In this document: positions 1-14,146 of the stretch, piece by piece | How the letters are laid out: every line of letters begins with the position of its first letter | How positions within the stretch are numbered: the first letter of the stretch is position 1 | Source: Lingula anatina | Taxonomy: Eukaryota; Animalia; Brachiopoda | Assembly: GCA_051362555.1 (NCBI GenBank) | Contig: CM120640.1 | Location: 8,308,001-8,372,000, forward strand | DNA: 64,000 bases | Direction of reading: 5' to 3' | Made by a program: the position numbers and the translations under genes | The notes under the pieces: generated by a model | What the model was told of the DNA's origin: nothing | Database searches by the model: none | What the model saw: only the letters and a program-made list of their open reading frames with translations

Positions 1-3
1 TAC

Positions 4-1836
4 CTTAAAATCCTCTAGCTTGATATCTGCAAGTTCTGGGGACTCTTTTAAATTTTCCCATGCATTTTCTATTTCATTCACTTCATCATCATCATATACA
101 ATTTCAAAAAATACCAGCTTTCTTGAGAAACGACTAAATGAGTTGTCAAAGCATATTTGATAGTCTCCAGTTTCTTCTGCAGTCACCCTAAAGAGATTAC
201 CAAATATTAATTTAAATTCCTTTTACATACAAATTTTAAGTCACAGGGGCAGAATGTTACAACAAAATAGTGCCTAGTAAAACATGAACATATGTACATG
301 TTGTCTTTACTATTGTGTCTATATTTAATTATGAGTAAAGTGGTTCAAATGTATTCTGTACATAACCAACCCTTTAAATATTAGGCCTATTACAATCATG
401 ACCTGGCTAGCAAGGAGCAAAAAATAATAAATTCTTTAAAAATTAAAATAAAAAACAACTTACTTATGCACTGCATCACTTCTTCTACGATCTGTAATTA
501 AAACTCTGCCTGATGGGGCTTCTATTGCGAAGTCAATGTCTATATCACCACCATCTATTACCTAAAATGGTTAAATAAGAAAAGAGTGGCTAATTGAACA
601 AAATTAATTCCTTTAAAGAGGTCAATCAATATGGATCAATATGACTATAGCCAGAATGCCATGTTCAACTGCCTGTGCAGAGTTTTACCTTAACCATGGG
701 CAGATACAAAGTTATTTTCTGACAGTCTTCCAAATTATCTTTGTTGATCCATTCTCCATTTTTTACTGTCTTCTGACAGAAAAATTAGATCAATGTAAAC
801 TTGAAAATCTGACCATCTTCCAGAAGACCCACAAGATGCCCTAAATCCGCCCCTGTTATATATATAATCTTTTCCATGCAGATATGTTTCTTACAACAAA
901 TTACACACTTCAATCAAAATGAATGGAGACAGTGTGACAAAGAGTACAACAACACATTCAAAATGACCTCTTTATCACCTCTTACTGCTAAGCAAGAGAC
1001 AGCGTGTCTTACAGAGAAAATAATGAAAAAGGAAAATATTCAACCTTCACTTCTATAAAAGATGTCATAAGAAAACATGTCACAAGTGAAAGACAGCTTA
1101 TATTTAGTACTTAACTGCCTTTGGAATTCAGCAACTGACTTCTTCCACTTAGTTTCAGTTTTTTCATTGAAAAAAAGGCTATTACCTACATACCATGTCA
1201 ATGAAAATTCATAAACTTGTTCTTTGATATATCCAATCAAAATGTATCCATTGTTATTATTCTGTATCAGAAACAAAGAAGGAAATCTAAGCATCATTGC
1301 AATAAGAAGTCAGGGCTGAAGAGCAGATTTTTAACAACTTGTCTCAATCAGTGGCATAAATAGACTTATCAGCAGCATACAAATCATCAAGTTGGGAGGA
1401 ATGCGGTACAAATTAGATGCCTTAACGTTATAAGAAGTAAATTAACCAGTTCACAAAGAGTCACAAAAATGTTTACATGTGGATAGCAAAAAAATTTAAA
1501 ACATGAAAACACTTTAACGGAGATGCTGGCACCTTTTTTTTCGACAAAGTATTGGCTGACATCTAAATAAATCATCAGTTGAACGAGATGTTATCGAACC
1601 AACACAGTACACTTTACAAGTTGACACACCATCACCAATGCACACTTCACCAGCCATGCAGAGTGTCATACCTGAAACTCAACTTCCAAAGTCCGTCCAT
1701 TTGCTATCTTTTGGAAGAAGCATTCCCTTTTGGCTGGCTCAATATCAATCGTGAAATCATGTTCATGGCAGTAACATGCTGTGACTAGTATCAAAACAGT
1801 AAAAAAAATAAATGACACTGAACTTTCCAGTCTCAT
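4..1836 (-). CDS. TMED5: p24/TMED gamma-subfamily (TMED1/TMED5-like) GOLD-domain cargo receptor; first 3 coding exons, gene continues beyond the left edge
   Basis: Exons 1836-1672, 561-464 and 187-4 have GT-AG boundaries and splice in frame. Product: signal peptide MRLESSVSFIFFTVLILVTACYC, then HDFTIDIEPAKRECFFQ..LEVEFQVIDGGDIDIDF..SGRVL..GDYQICFDNSFSRFSRKLVFFEI, a typical p24 GOLD domain. TMED1 versus TMED5 cannot be resolved by eye. Confidence 0.9.
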
Positions 1837-2615
1837 TTTCCTCCCGATTTCCAACTTCGTCTACTCTGTTCAACCGGAAACAGATGGTCGTATAGACCCG
1901 CATTGAAAGTTAGGGTTAGATTTTATAAGGCAAAATAAAAATATACACATACTTTAAATTGCCCCAATCAATATTTAATTGATATCCAGTGATATCCTTA
2001 GATTATATGTTTACAAGTATGTATTTCTATTTTCACAATTTTTTCATCCGGGCCTCGATATGGAAGATACTGTTTACTCCTTATTTGCATAAATCTTCAA
2101 AGCTTAGAATATAGTACATCAATATTTGCCTGATTTTCGGTAATCCTGTCTTTGAGATAACAGTTCTGTGCATTTGAAATGAGTTTTTTATTTCATCATA
2201 TTTTGAGTTCGCAAACTGATACTAATATGATGAAAGAATCACAAGCATATGAAATAAACGGCGTTTTAATATCGTTTTCGCGAAGATAGTAAAAAGGTGG
2301 AACTACATTTACTGAGCCTCTTTTATTCCAGGTGCGACAATTTTGTGAATTTTGTAATCTGGAACGAGTTTCCTTAAAAGTTTTTTATGAACTTTGACGA
2401 GCCTGTTCAGTAGTATATGGAACTTTGAGTCGCGAGGTAAAATATATGACTTTTCTATGTAATGTACACAGTTCTCTTTAAGTGGGAGTGCGTTTGACAA
2501 ATTTTAATTTCTGGGAAACCCTCTTAGAACTTCTGAAATGGGTCAATTTCGGGAATTCCTCAAAACCCCTTGACTTTCAGTTATCAGGGTTGTCTCCCAT
2601 AACAGTAATACAGCA
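1837..2615. promoter_or_regulatory. Putative bidirectional promoter between divergent TMED and BRD10 genes
   Basis: Start codons at 1836 (-) and 2616 (+) are 780 bp apart. The region has more CpG than flanking introns, TCGCGA at about 2279 and 2430, an octamer ATTTGCAT at about 2083 and an ETS-like CCGGAA at about 1874. An acceptor-like ctttcag at 2574-2580 suggests a non-coding first exon for BRD10. Confidence 0.6.
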
Positions 2616-5600
2616 ATGGATGACAACGTCGACGAATGCTCATTAGCGGAAAGCTTTGCAGATAGCGAAGGTCCTGCAACGTCAGAGGCATCTGATGCGT
2701 TTCCTCAGACAAAAGAAACAGATAGTGACCTGTTAGTGGACAGTTCACAAGAAAATGCCAACAGTGGTTCAAAAAGCAGTAATAATAACAATGAGGATGC
2801 AGCCGAAACTAAGCCGCCACTGAGCCATGAGCTCAAACAGGGATTAAGGATTCTTCGAGAAATTATGTATGAAGTTCACAAATCCGTGAACTGGCCGTTT
2901 TTGGATGCGGTCGACGTTGAACGCCTCGAACTTTGGGATTATCACCAGAGAATCAAGAAACCCATGTGGCTAAAAAAGAGTAAGCTTTTGATAACCTCAA
3001 CATATTTTCTTGATTAAATAATATCGTTCTATGGCAAATAATAATTTTGATCCATCGGCTACCGACATAAATGTTGCCTTACTTTTCAAGGTCAAACTGG
3101 GAATTCCCACATTTTGGGGATACCCTTAATTTGCATATTTTGTTTCTATTAATAGTAACCCTAATTTATTATGACTTTTGTAGAATATGTAAGACTTACT
3201 TATACTCATGTGCAATAAGTAGTATATTTGGTCCCAGGTTGTGCACATGATTTTCTTGCATATAACAAAGCCATCGTATACCTAAAAATTCTATTTACAT
3301 TATGACTTTCACATGGAAAACACTGAAAATAGCAGACAGTCATAAAAAAAATACTAAGTAAATATTTTGAAGGTGTAAGTTAAGTGTGACTGTAAACTGG
3401 ACGATTTGATAAATAAGTTTGATTCCAGGTTGGCAGCACTAGTAAGTGCAGATCTATGCTTAGATGACTATCCTTATGAATTTTCTTGTTTATTTCCTTG
3501 CACGTAATAGATGAAATGAAATTTATATTTATTGTGCTTTATTGTAGCAAAATTTCCCTTGTAATTAACATGTTATTAACCAATCTTATAACTTTTCTTT
3601 AAGTGAAGGAAAAGTTTGACAACAGAGAATATAATACCATCACCGAGTTTGTGGCTGACTTTCGGTTAATGCTGGAGAACTGTTTCCGTTACAATGGACC
3701 CGACCATCCCATATCAAAAAAAGGCACAAAGCTTGAAACGATCTTGGAACAGAAGTTGGTGCTTCTCTCACGGTACAGTAATGTTATTATTGTATCAGGG
3801 ATTTTACAGTTTTTAAAGATTAAACTGCTTAGTTATGTGGTAATCTGAAGTGAAGAAGTAGTATTAAATTAAGAATAGGACTAGTTTTGCATGTGGGTGT
3901 GTCAATGCACTTGCCACAGAAAATATGTCCTAGCACTGACACAAACCTTGCTTCATCATGGATAGATATTTATTATAGTAATTTTTCCAGGGAATTAAGA
4001 GAAAAGACTTCCATTGCTGCCACATCAGGACAACCAGTCACCTATGAAGCAATTACGAGTAAGTCTTGAAGGTGATAAAATCGAATAATGACACTCTTTG
4101 ATTTTATTTTTTATTATTTTGTGGTGGAATAAACTGTGAAAAAAAAGTGAATATATACACACATGCTTTGCATGTTTGACTTCTTGGTAGACAGTAATCC
4201 TGGTATAATAAAGGATATATATGTACACACACCTTGATTGCAAAAGTGTAAGTAGAGGGTATTATTCTCCATTCTCAAGGTTCAAGGAAGCGTCGTAATG
4301 TTGTACCACATGACTCTAGTAAACTGCTTAACCAGCTTCGGGAAGAAGAAGCATTAAAGGAAAAAGAATCTCGAAGGCAGCAGATGTTGGAACGTAAACT
4401 TGCACAGGAGACATATATGCAAGAATTACAAAATTGGGTGGACACCCTTGTGGCAGAACCAATTAGGACAATTATAAATACCAGTTGGGAAGTAAGAAAC
4501 AAGACGCCATAAAGTTGGCACATTTCTTGATTTAGTTAATTAATTTTATTTATTTTATTGATATTATTATTATTATTATTATTATTTTGGACTGGAAATT
4601 TAAGAAATGGATATCATTCTTGGTCTTCTTAGTTTTAATGCTGAAACTTTTGACAGAACACAATTACTTCTTGTATCAAGATCACAATGCAGATATCAAA
4701 TGGAATCATTTCATTTTGTTTTAGATCCCTCAGATAGGCCTCTTCCTGTTTTTGTGCCAAGAAGTTTTGAACATAGGTGAAATTATGCAGTATGAGCTTG
4801 AGAGGAGTTTTGCCATGGCAAAGGAAAGCACTGTAATGCAGACTGTTATGACCTCCTTGCTAAGTACACCATATCAGAGGACCAGGTAGGGTGAAATTGT
4901 TAATATTCACTCTATCCCATCTCCAAAGACCTCTTTTAATGGTTTGTATTTGAAGAATGTAACAAACCCCAAGTGAAGCAGTGTATTTCTTTAGAAGCAA
5001 CATGTTTTTTAGTTTCATTTCTGTTATAGATAGCTACTAGTGGAGTAAAGTCTAAACGTAGACATGGAAACTGCTGTCCCTAAACCAGCATTTGAATTTA
5101 TTTACGTTTGTTTAACTGCAGGCTTGACAAGAAACCTCTTATGCCTTACAAAGTGTGGGAGGAGAAGCTCAGAGTGAAGTTGAGGCAGTGGTATAAAGTG
5201 CTGAAAGATTGTGGAAAGGATATACCGATAGTAAGTTATGACCAGTGAAGGTCACAGGAACTTACCTCAGAATATATTGTGGTTGCATTACTTAAAACAG
5301 TAGACCTATAGAAAAATAAAATGCTGATATGAGGTACCACACCACCACAGATTTATTGCAAGTCTGAGTACATTATTCTTAAGACAGTGTTAAACTCATT
5401 ATAGCTTACAAATAGTGAGTTTCACTATAATTCTAATGGTCCTTTGAATTTTAGACGATACAGTTTATATCATAGGAGCTTTTCACTTAATAGAAAATGT
5501 TTTTTACCCCTTTTAAGGCTGCTGACAAAATAGGAATAGAAGAGATGTTTTTCAAAGTTGTGGGTAAGTTATTTATTTATTGTGCATTTATTTATTATCT

Positions 5601-8600
5601 CTTTCTTTTCAGTTTTCACTCAAAAAGTGAATTTTTTTAATGCAGTTGTCTTGATTTTATTTCTTTCAAAGAATATTCCATTTCATTGTGGCTCAATTTC
5701 AAGTCTAGTGTGTTAGGCACAAGTGGACTACACAAATATAACAATTACTTTATTTGCTCTTGCTTATTAGGTTCCAAAAACCCACTGGAGAAGAAAAAAT
5801 TCCATGAGCTTTCTTTCTATCAGAAAGTTTGGATTACGAAAGGACTATGTGACTATTGTGTGGTGAGATAAAACATATTTTAAAAATTGCTTGATTTATT
5901 ATTATTGAAGTCAATCACAAGGAAGGTGCAGTGCAGTTGTGTTATAGTTGTGTTTTGATGTTATAAGAACTAGGCATTGAAAAATGTAGTACTAATTTTA
6001 TAACTAAATATTATGGAAGTTCTTTTAATGTTAGGGCCATTGAGATTTCATGCTGACATACAGTTTCATAGTCGTCCAAGTTTATTGAAGAAGGAAAAAC
6101 ACATGCGACTCTGCTTGTTGGGACTCATTTTTATCACACTGTACGAGTTACAACAATTTACATAATATCGCACTGTGTGATGCATCTCACAATTAGTTCC
6201 ATTCATACATAACAATAGTATTCACCCTTATGCGTTTCCCTGGAATTAAAGCATGTAAAATTTTTTTTCTTCTACCACAGTCTAACCAGGAGTCAGTGCG
6301 TGATGCAATGGATGCCCAGGAAGTGGAGGAAACCAGGGAGTACTTGCTGGGTTATGACGAGGATGGCAACAGTTACATGCACTTCCCTCAGTTCTGTGGT
6401 GCTGATGTGCGCATCTTTAAGCAAACTCCTCTTCCATGGCCAACTTTAAAAGTGGAAAAACCAAAACCTTCTCCCAGCAAGGTATGAAGTTAATAAAATG
6501 AAATCAATAATTTGCATCAGTAAAAAGCAGGTCGTTGAAGTTTTTGTTAACTTGTCAGTAGTTTAGATGTTATCAAGGTACTGTGAACTGACCAGGAATC
6601 TGTTTCTTTAAATGATTGTTTAACATCTTTATATGTGCCAGCCTTGCCATATGGTTAAATTTTGGTTCTGTTGTAACAAAACCCATTTCATTTTTTCTTT
6701 GCAACCAATGATATGTAAATTTCATTTTTAAGTCTTATGTAGCTAATCAGCAACAAAAATATGCCCCTTTTGCCTATCATAGTATTAAATTGAGTATATC
6801 TGTTCATAAAATGCTAATAGTAATAGGAAGAAAAACTAATTTTATTTTCCCTTGAAGGATATATATATATCCAATATTCCATTATTTGCATTATTCTTAA
6901 TAAAGGCACAGCCAAAGAAAGCAAGAACTCCGAAGAAAAAGAAAAAAGGGAAGTCTGCACCTCCAGCCAGAAGACCTTCTAGACTGAGACAGGTGAGGCT
7001 GATGGCTGATATTGGGGTTGTAATTGAATCCAGGGGGCTTTTTATCCCCACACTTTTGTAGGAAAAGTCTGGGATTGTGCTATCCTGCCCATCTGTGTGT
7101 TAGTAATATCCACTATCTCCAACTAAACCATTAGAGGAAGATGAAACTTGGGAATCGATAGACCTATCATCAGAAATGTGCATGGGCACTTTGGAATTTT
7201 AAGGCATCCTGGGGTTTGGCTGTCCCAGGGAATGGGTGATTCTTAATTCTTTTCATATTGTTATTTCTGTGATCTCTTCATAGATACTAGAGTGGAGAAG
7301 TTGAAACTTACAGGATTGATATGGGCACTTTGGAATTTTAATGTGCGCCCCGGGGGGGGGGGGGGGGGGGGGGGACCAGGCATTGTTATAGATATTTAGG
7401 GAATGGGGTCCCTCAGGGTGAGCTACTCTTTACAATGTCAGGAAGTGACATTACCCATTAGCATCATATAGAACTGTAAATGTATCAGAGAATGCACAAT
7501 TTTGTTTTTGTCGTGAGCCCTTACAGCATTTTCAAGTGTGATAAAAAGATTGCAGGCTTTTTTTTAGACAATGAAGGAATCCAAACAGTTTTATCAATAG
7601 GTAGTTTGCTACAGAAATTTGCAGCAACGGTCATGTTAAAACATTTTGCAGATTAGTAATGTTCATGACCGACATTGTGTACAGTGAATGTTTGCTCTCT
7701 TTTCAGTGCAAGAAATAGATGTATTTATTTGTATTTATCTTTCTACATAGTGTATGTATATATCTAATTTTAATCTTTCAGACTATCAAGTATGTTTTGC
7801 AACCACAGTCCTCTGATGCTAGTGACGGCGATGAGGACAGTGGGCATGATTCCGACATGCAGTCAGACTCGGAGACAACTGAAACTACGCAATACCAAGA
7901 GAGTGTGGACCAAGACAGTGTCACAGACAGTATGGATTGGGAGCCTCGGGCACTGAGAAGCAACCAACGACTGAATACACCACAGAAAGAAATTGCACCA
8001 AGAGAGCAAGAAGACATGAATGGTGAGGTTGCTGCTACACAAGAAATCAGTGAAGATATGAAAACCACTATCGTTCCAAACAGTAAAAGGACTGCTGTGA
8101 AAGGACCGAAAAAAGCTAAAAAAAGCCATTGGAGTAATAGGAAACAGAGACACCAGGCACCTCGTGGCAAGCGTAGGAAAAAGCTAGAGGGTGGTGGAGA
8201 TGAAGGAGAACATTCAAATGAAAGCAAAAACGATGAAGGAAAGGACAACAGCAATGATATGGACTCCATTAATATAGATCCTAGTAAAAACAGTCCTGAA
8301 TCCTGTAATTCTGCTGGTGCCAGAAAGCTTTCTGGAGAGGTGGATGTCAGTGCATCAGGTGATGGGAAGAATAATCCTGAATCCTGTAATTCTGCTGATG
8401 CAAGGGTGCTTCCTGGAGAGCTGGTTGTTAGTGCATCAGGTGATAACATTCCTCCTGCTCTAGACACTCAGAGTGATACCTTGGAGGTACAGACTGATTT
8501 TAAGGAAAAATTCTGTGATGAATTAAGGGATGTAGATGGAAACATGGACCCTGACAACAGTTCTATGGAAAACAAAGATTCAGATGATGTTTCCACACAT

Positions 8601-11600
8601 GCTCAAACAGGCCTATCAGAAAACCAGACTGATTCAGAAAGGAATTCAGATGGAAGTAAATGGAAACTAGGGAGAGACCTTCTGGAAAATGGTAAATGTG
8701 TGGAAAACTCAAACCAGGCAACAGAGCTAAACAGTGTTTCTGCTGAATCTTCCAGAATGGATTGTGATATAGCAGAGGGTGGCAAAGTTGCTGGGGGAAC
8801 CTCTGAAAAGGAGACTGGTGAGACAGAAGGGAAGGATGCCGCAGTTGACACCTCTGCAGTGGAATGTGATGAAGCAGAAAAGAATGGGACATCAGATGCA
8901 ACAGATGGAAACAAGGCTTTGGTTGAGATGGAAGAAAGTGATGAAGAAGATGGAATTGAAATTGAGGTTTGTCTTCATTTTAATTTGTCCCTATAAAATT
9001 ATGATTATTGATGATCCTTTAATTACTTTAAATGGCAAAGATCTAGATAACATATATGAAAAAAAATTAATCCAGGTGCACATTTTCTACCAACTTGCTT
9101 TCATCGTTCATCTTTAAATCTTTCAGGGGATTAAAGTGTCAAATAAATAGATACACTGCCACATAAATTAAACACTCATTGTTTGCATATCTCTGCAGGC
9201 CCCAGATCCTGAGCAGTTCATAATGGTTGTATCCAGTGTGGAGGAGTTGAGAGCACTCTGTGCTCAGTTTGCAGAAATAGAGCCTTTTGTAGAAGGATCT
9301 GGGAAAAGACAAAAGGTAGTGCATTTGTCGATTTAGAGGGTGGTGTTTTAATTATCACAGACAAGAAAATATAGTAGTTTTTATCTTTTGTTATTCATGG
9401 CATAAATATATGGGTGATTACCTACAGATACTTTATTTTAGCAACTTAAGATGTGTATTAAATAAAAATCATGATAAATCTTACAGTCACCAACTTGACT
9501 TACTGCAGACTGATATTGATTTTGTTGAATAAGGAACAATGTTCACCAAAAAGAAAAATGTATGCCTACTTATCACCAGACTCTTATTTTATGGGATTCC
9601 TTTCCAGATTATTAAGCCACCACCAAGGAAACGTTGTGTAGCAGAACTACATGAAAGACTGACATACTTACTGTCAGAACTAGAGCCATGGGAAGCTAAG
9701 CTCATCCAAGCTAACAAGAAAGCTAAGACCAAATTGAGAAAGGAGCAAGAAGAATATGAAGATGAGCCTACAACAGAGGTAAAAATTAATGCTATTGCTA
9801 TGGTACTTCTGTGATATAGATAGTCTTATTGTAATTTAATAGACAGATGATTTCTCTCACCAATATATGAACCTGCAGTATACACATTCTCAACATATAT
9901 TATTGACAGTCTGGAAAATTTTTAAAAATCTACAATATTCATATTATCTCTGTATTAAATCAAAGCTTTGCCATGGTGTTTTTTCCCAATTACCCCTTCT
10001 GACAAAGTTATGCTCAAGGGGTTGGGGAGGAGGGTAATCACATTCAATGATAGTGTAAGTTTTTAAAAGTTTTTTTTTCTTAAGTAATTTATAGCATTTT
10101 GGACAAAAAATATCTATATAACTCTGGATAACAAAAATAGTGCAAGATAAATGCTATCAAGATTTGCTTTGGGAAAGTGTCAGATTTACCTATGAGATTT
10201 TCTTGTCTTAGATGGAGGATGTGTGGGATAGTGATGAACCTGTGTCAGAATCTTCTGAAGGTGAAGATTCTGATGATCATGAGGAAGATGCAGATGAGAC
10301 CAATTCCGTGTCCAGTCGCTGCACCCCTACACAGTCCAAAGATAAAAGAAAGACCCCTGCTGGAGAAAAAGTTACTGATGAAGATCTTTATGATGTAAGC
10401 TCTAGAGGACGTGTGAGAAAACGACGCCTAATTCCTAATAACACAGAAGACCAAGGGGTGAAGAAGGCAAAAACTGCTGTATCTGCCTTGCAGCAGCATC
10501 TCATGTCTAAGCTAACTAAGTCACCAGCTGAATCTGACTCAAAGCCAGTTAGTTTGCTTCAGAATCAGTCCCTACTGAAGTATTTGATCAGTACTCCGCC
10601 AGGGTCATCACTGAATCAACCAATGGGAGCTGGCTTCTTTGCCAGGACCTCGACAGGACAGGAGGTATTTTTCACTCTTACATCAAATGCTTCAGGCTTA
10701 CAAGCCACCCCAACTCACTTGATTAATGCTCTGGTGAATAATGCCAAGCCGAAAACATCGGCTCCCTCAACAACATCACCAACAACCACCCAGACCTTCA
10801 CCCCATATCAGTTTTCACTGAAATCTCCACCCAAAACTGCAACAGCCTCACCAGCTACAACAACTGTCAACTGGAGGCTGCCACGGATACAGTCTGTTAA
10901 ACAGCAAACTGGATCCAGCTTAATCACTATGGGAACAAACCTTACAATGACACAGGCTAGTACTAGTGTGGCTAGCCTTTTGTCTTCCTCACCACCGACT
11001 ACTACCAGTGAGCAAGGCAAGGTGTCCTTCTATCAGCATAACCAGATAGGAAGTCTGCCTCCACACATGATCCAGTCTTTGCTTAAAAACCAGGCAACAA
11101 AATTACAGCCTTCATCTGTCGGTAGTGTTCAAGGACAAGTGCTTCCAGTCGGAGTGAAATTGGTTACTGCAACTGCCCCAACATCAGAGGCAGTTACTGG
11201 CATTGCTCTCCATGCAACCAATGTCTCAGTAGCCACTGCAGCAAACCAGCCACGTTTAACCAGCTCTGCACAGCACATTCCAACACAGTCTGCTACCACT
11301 TCTCCAGTACTACCAGTACAAAGTCAGGCTGGAGTTAATACAGGGCTGCTGAAACTTGTCTCCACTCCACCTAAACAGAAATATGCAGGTAATGTGACTG
11401 TGAAAGCTTTGCTGGAGAACAGAGCCCACCAGAAGGGAACGGAATATGTGGTGGTTCCTCCAGTGCCTCGAAGTTCACAGGAGTTGCTGTCTAGCGAAAG
11501 CAAAAGTCCAGCCAAAAAAACAGTTGTTGATCCTGCTGCCCAAGCTCAACTTGCAGCCAAACTTGCTGAGCTCTCTAAGTCAGTTTTTATTGAGTCTGCT

Positions 11601-12570
11601 GTCAAGGCAGTTACTACAACAGTGAATACCACACTCCCAACAGTCCAAATGAATGTGCCTTCCCCTCTTACTATGCCCACAATCCAGCCAAGGAGAAGTG
11701 TCACCCAAGTCACCCAGGCCACCAAATCTCCCATTTTAGCTTCTAATATGCAATCCAGTAACAAAACAACTCCAGTCAAAACCACACAGAGTGAGCCTCA
11801 GCAGACCTCTCTGCCGTTGACTGTTGTAAGCGGGGCACCAGCAACAAAGACACCTGCTGTGCCACGTCAAGTCCAAGTTCCTCAAGCTGCTGCCCAGAAA
11901 AGTGTCTTGGTGAAGATGGTTCCTCAAAGTGTCACTGGTGCTACCACCCCTCCCCAAGGCCCCATGCAAGCTATCCTTACACCACAGGGTATTCTTATTC
12001 CCCATCAAGCCTTGCAGCAGAATGTGCCCATACAGAATATCGTTGCCAAGCTAAACCAGCTACAGAAGCAGGGAGTGCTGCCTAATGTAGCACTCCAGAC
12101 AGTTGGGATATCACCACAGCAGCAGCAAGGCAAACCAGCCCAGGTCCCAGTGCAGACACTGGTTGGCCAAGGAGCAACTGGTGTGGTTGTTAAGCAGGAA
12201 TCAGTTCCTCTTACTCCTGGGACCAGAGAAAGGGTGGCGGTTGCCCTGAAGCCTACTACTGCAGTGAAGAGTCAGAAACCACCAGTTTCTAAGGTGAAGT
12301 AAAAACACTATGTTATTATTAACCTCATATGTACTATATTATTATGGACTTCAAATGCTTGCACCAGATATTAATTGGAATAGAGCAAATGTTGGTTTAT
12401 TAAATTATTTTTTAAATGATTTAATGTTGTCCATAAAACAGTATTTTATTATGACCAAAGAAATCAACTTAACAAGTGTAAGACTTCATATGGTATTTTG
12501 ATCATCAGCTATAAGTAAATTGATTTTTGATTTTGAAGCTTACTATATGTGAAGTTTGTAATCATGTCTT

Positions 12571-12606
<36 letters not shown>

Positions 12607-14146
12607 TATTTTTTCTTAAAATCATTTTCAGTTGGTGACAGGCCCTGTCACACACTCCAAGGCTTCCAGTAAACCACTGCTAGTGTCTTGCAGCCCCAAC
12701 ATCGGCAACCCCAGTGTGTTTACAGTGCAGCCTGGCACCTCAGTGGCTGGGCAGGCTGCCGCTTTTACTGCTACAGTGTCCAGGGCAGCACCTGCGGCTT
12801 CTACTAGTGTGAAATCTCCAGCAAAAAACCTTGGGTTGCCACCAGCACAGCAACAACAGAAATTAGTATTGTTCAATGTGGGTGGACAACTAGTCACAGC
12901 ACAGGGTGTGCCAGTCACAGTGTGTGATTCTCAGTTGCAGTTGATGTCCCAGTCCCCAAAGATTTCTTTGGCTAACATTCAGGGACTTGGAACTGGCTTG
13001 ATAGTACAAAAGAAAACACCTACAAAAGTCGGAGGTCAAGTTCAAAATCTCCAACAATTAGGAGTGCTGCAACAGGCCATCAGATTGCAAACTGCTGTGC
13101 AGAGACCTAATACGTCCACCATTCCAATCATCACACGTGGTCAAAGTGGTCAAAGTGCTCCAAGTGGTCAAAAGGTCATTAGTGTGTTGCCAGATCATAG
13201 GTCAACAGACCACACAGGCAGTCAAGGGAAGGTTAACAGTATTGGTACCTCACACCATAGTATTACAACACCAGTGGGCAGTGGAACCTCAGTGTATATA
13301 GCCAAGCCAGCACAGGGTGTGAACACTTTACATCTGCCAGCTGGGTCAGCATCATCTCAACTTGTCCAAGCTGCTGCCTGTGCTGGACTGTATGGGAATC
13401 CACCTATTGCTAGCCCAAAGCACATACTGGGCAATGTTAACATACCCCTTCAGCAACAATCTGTGTCCAATACTGCTGACTATAAACCCTCTTATGTTCC
13501 TGTTCCCACCATAACAAGTGCTGTGTGTAAGGTTGAAGGGAATATTGTGGTGACATCGTGTGGGGTGAAGCAGGAGAAAGGAAATGCCAGTAAGACTTTA
13601 TTTTCTACTGGGACTTTAACTCCCCAGCAACAGCCTGCACTGGCTGCAGCTTTAACAAGTGCTCCGAGATCAATAATACCTACAAAAGGAGGTTTATTAC
13701 ATGCCACTACGCAGCCTACTGAGAATAAACTGCTCCCACATGGTGTCTCAGAGCAGGATGATAAAAGTAATGTGCCTCACAGTGGCAGTCACACTGATGC
13801 AAAGCCACTGCAACAGAATGCCCCACTTGTAACTGTTACAACTGTAATCTCAAGTAGTAGCGTAGAGCCAGGTGTGAGGACAACACTGTCAACTGACACG
13901 GAGACTGTAGTGAAGCAAGAGAACACACTGCCAGGTGTAGTGACAAGAATCCCACAAGATGTCACAGAGTTGGCTGGACAAGCGACAGCACAATCACTAG
14001 ACAGCTCTGGGGATTATGATATGGATATCAGCGAAAAAAAACTTTTCATTGTCACTGAAGTTCCACTTGAACATCCCAAACAGACAGATCATGTGAGCAA
14101 TGGGAAAATGAATGGGGAAACCAAACCATCACTTAGTCAGCTTTAG
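2616..14146 (+). CDS. BRD10: BRD10/KIAA2026-like bromodomain protein, 15 coding exons, about 2190 aa
   Basis: In-frame GT-AG exons: 2616-2979, 3604-3772, 3991-4058, 4280-4491, 4725-4885, 5122-5230, 5518-5563, 5771-5862, 6281-6481, 6906-6992, 7782(or 7809)-8966, 9199-9315, 9608-9778, 10212-12293, 12632-14146. Bromodomain (NWPFLDAVD..YHQRIKKPM..FVADFRLMLENCFRYNG) is followed by blocks I recognise from KIAA2026: WEIPQIGLFL..YELER, NPLEKKKFHELSFYQKVWITKGLCD, LGYDEDGNSYMHFPQFCGADVRIFKQ. The rest is acidic and S/T/P/Q-rich. Confidence 0.9.
7038..7420 (+). mobile_element. Probable non-autonomous Helentron/HINE-like repeat fragment in BRD10 intron
   Basis: Starts with TTTTTATCCCCAC. It contains an imperfect internal direct repeat (gaaactt..atgggcactttggaatttt at about 7143-7200 and 7303-7340) and a G-run, which resembles tandem-repeat-bearing non-autonomous elements of invertebrates. 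The family call is inference. Confidence 0.35.
8295..8444 (+). repeat. Coding tandem repeat, 2 x 81 nt (27 aa) in BRD10 exon 11
   Basis: PESCNSAGARKLSGEVDVSASGD and PESCNSADARVLPGELVVSASGD; units start at 8295 and 8376. Confidence 0.85.

Noticed and set aside
695-855. Possible MITE ending ctaaatccgcccctg in the TMED intron
   Set aside because: The right end matches the hAT-like termini seen at 23653, but the left end and TSD are not convincing.
1910-1919. TTAGGGTTAG telomere-like motif (also 16081)
   Set aside because: Fewer than two full units; expected by chance.
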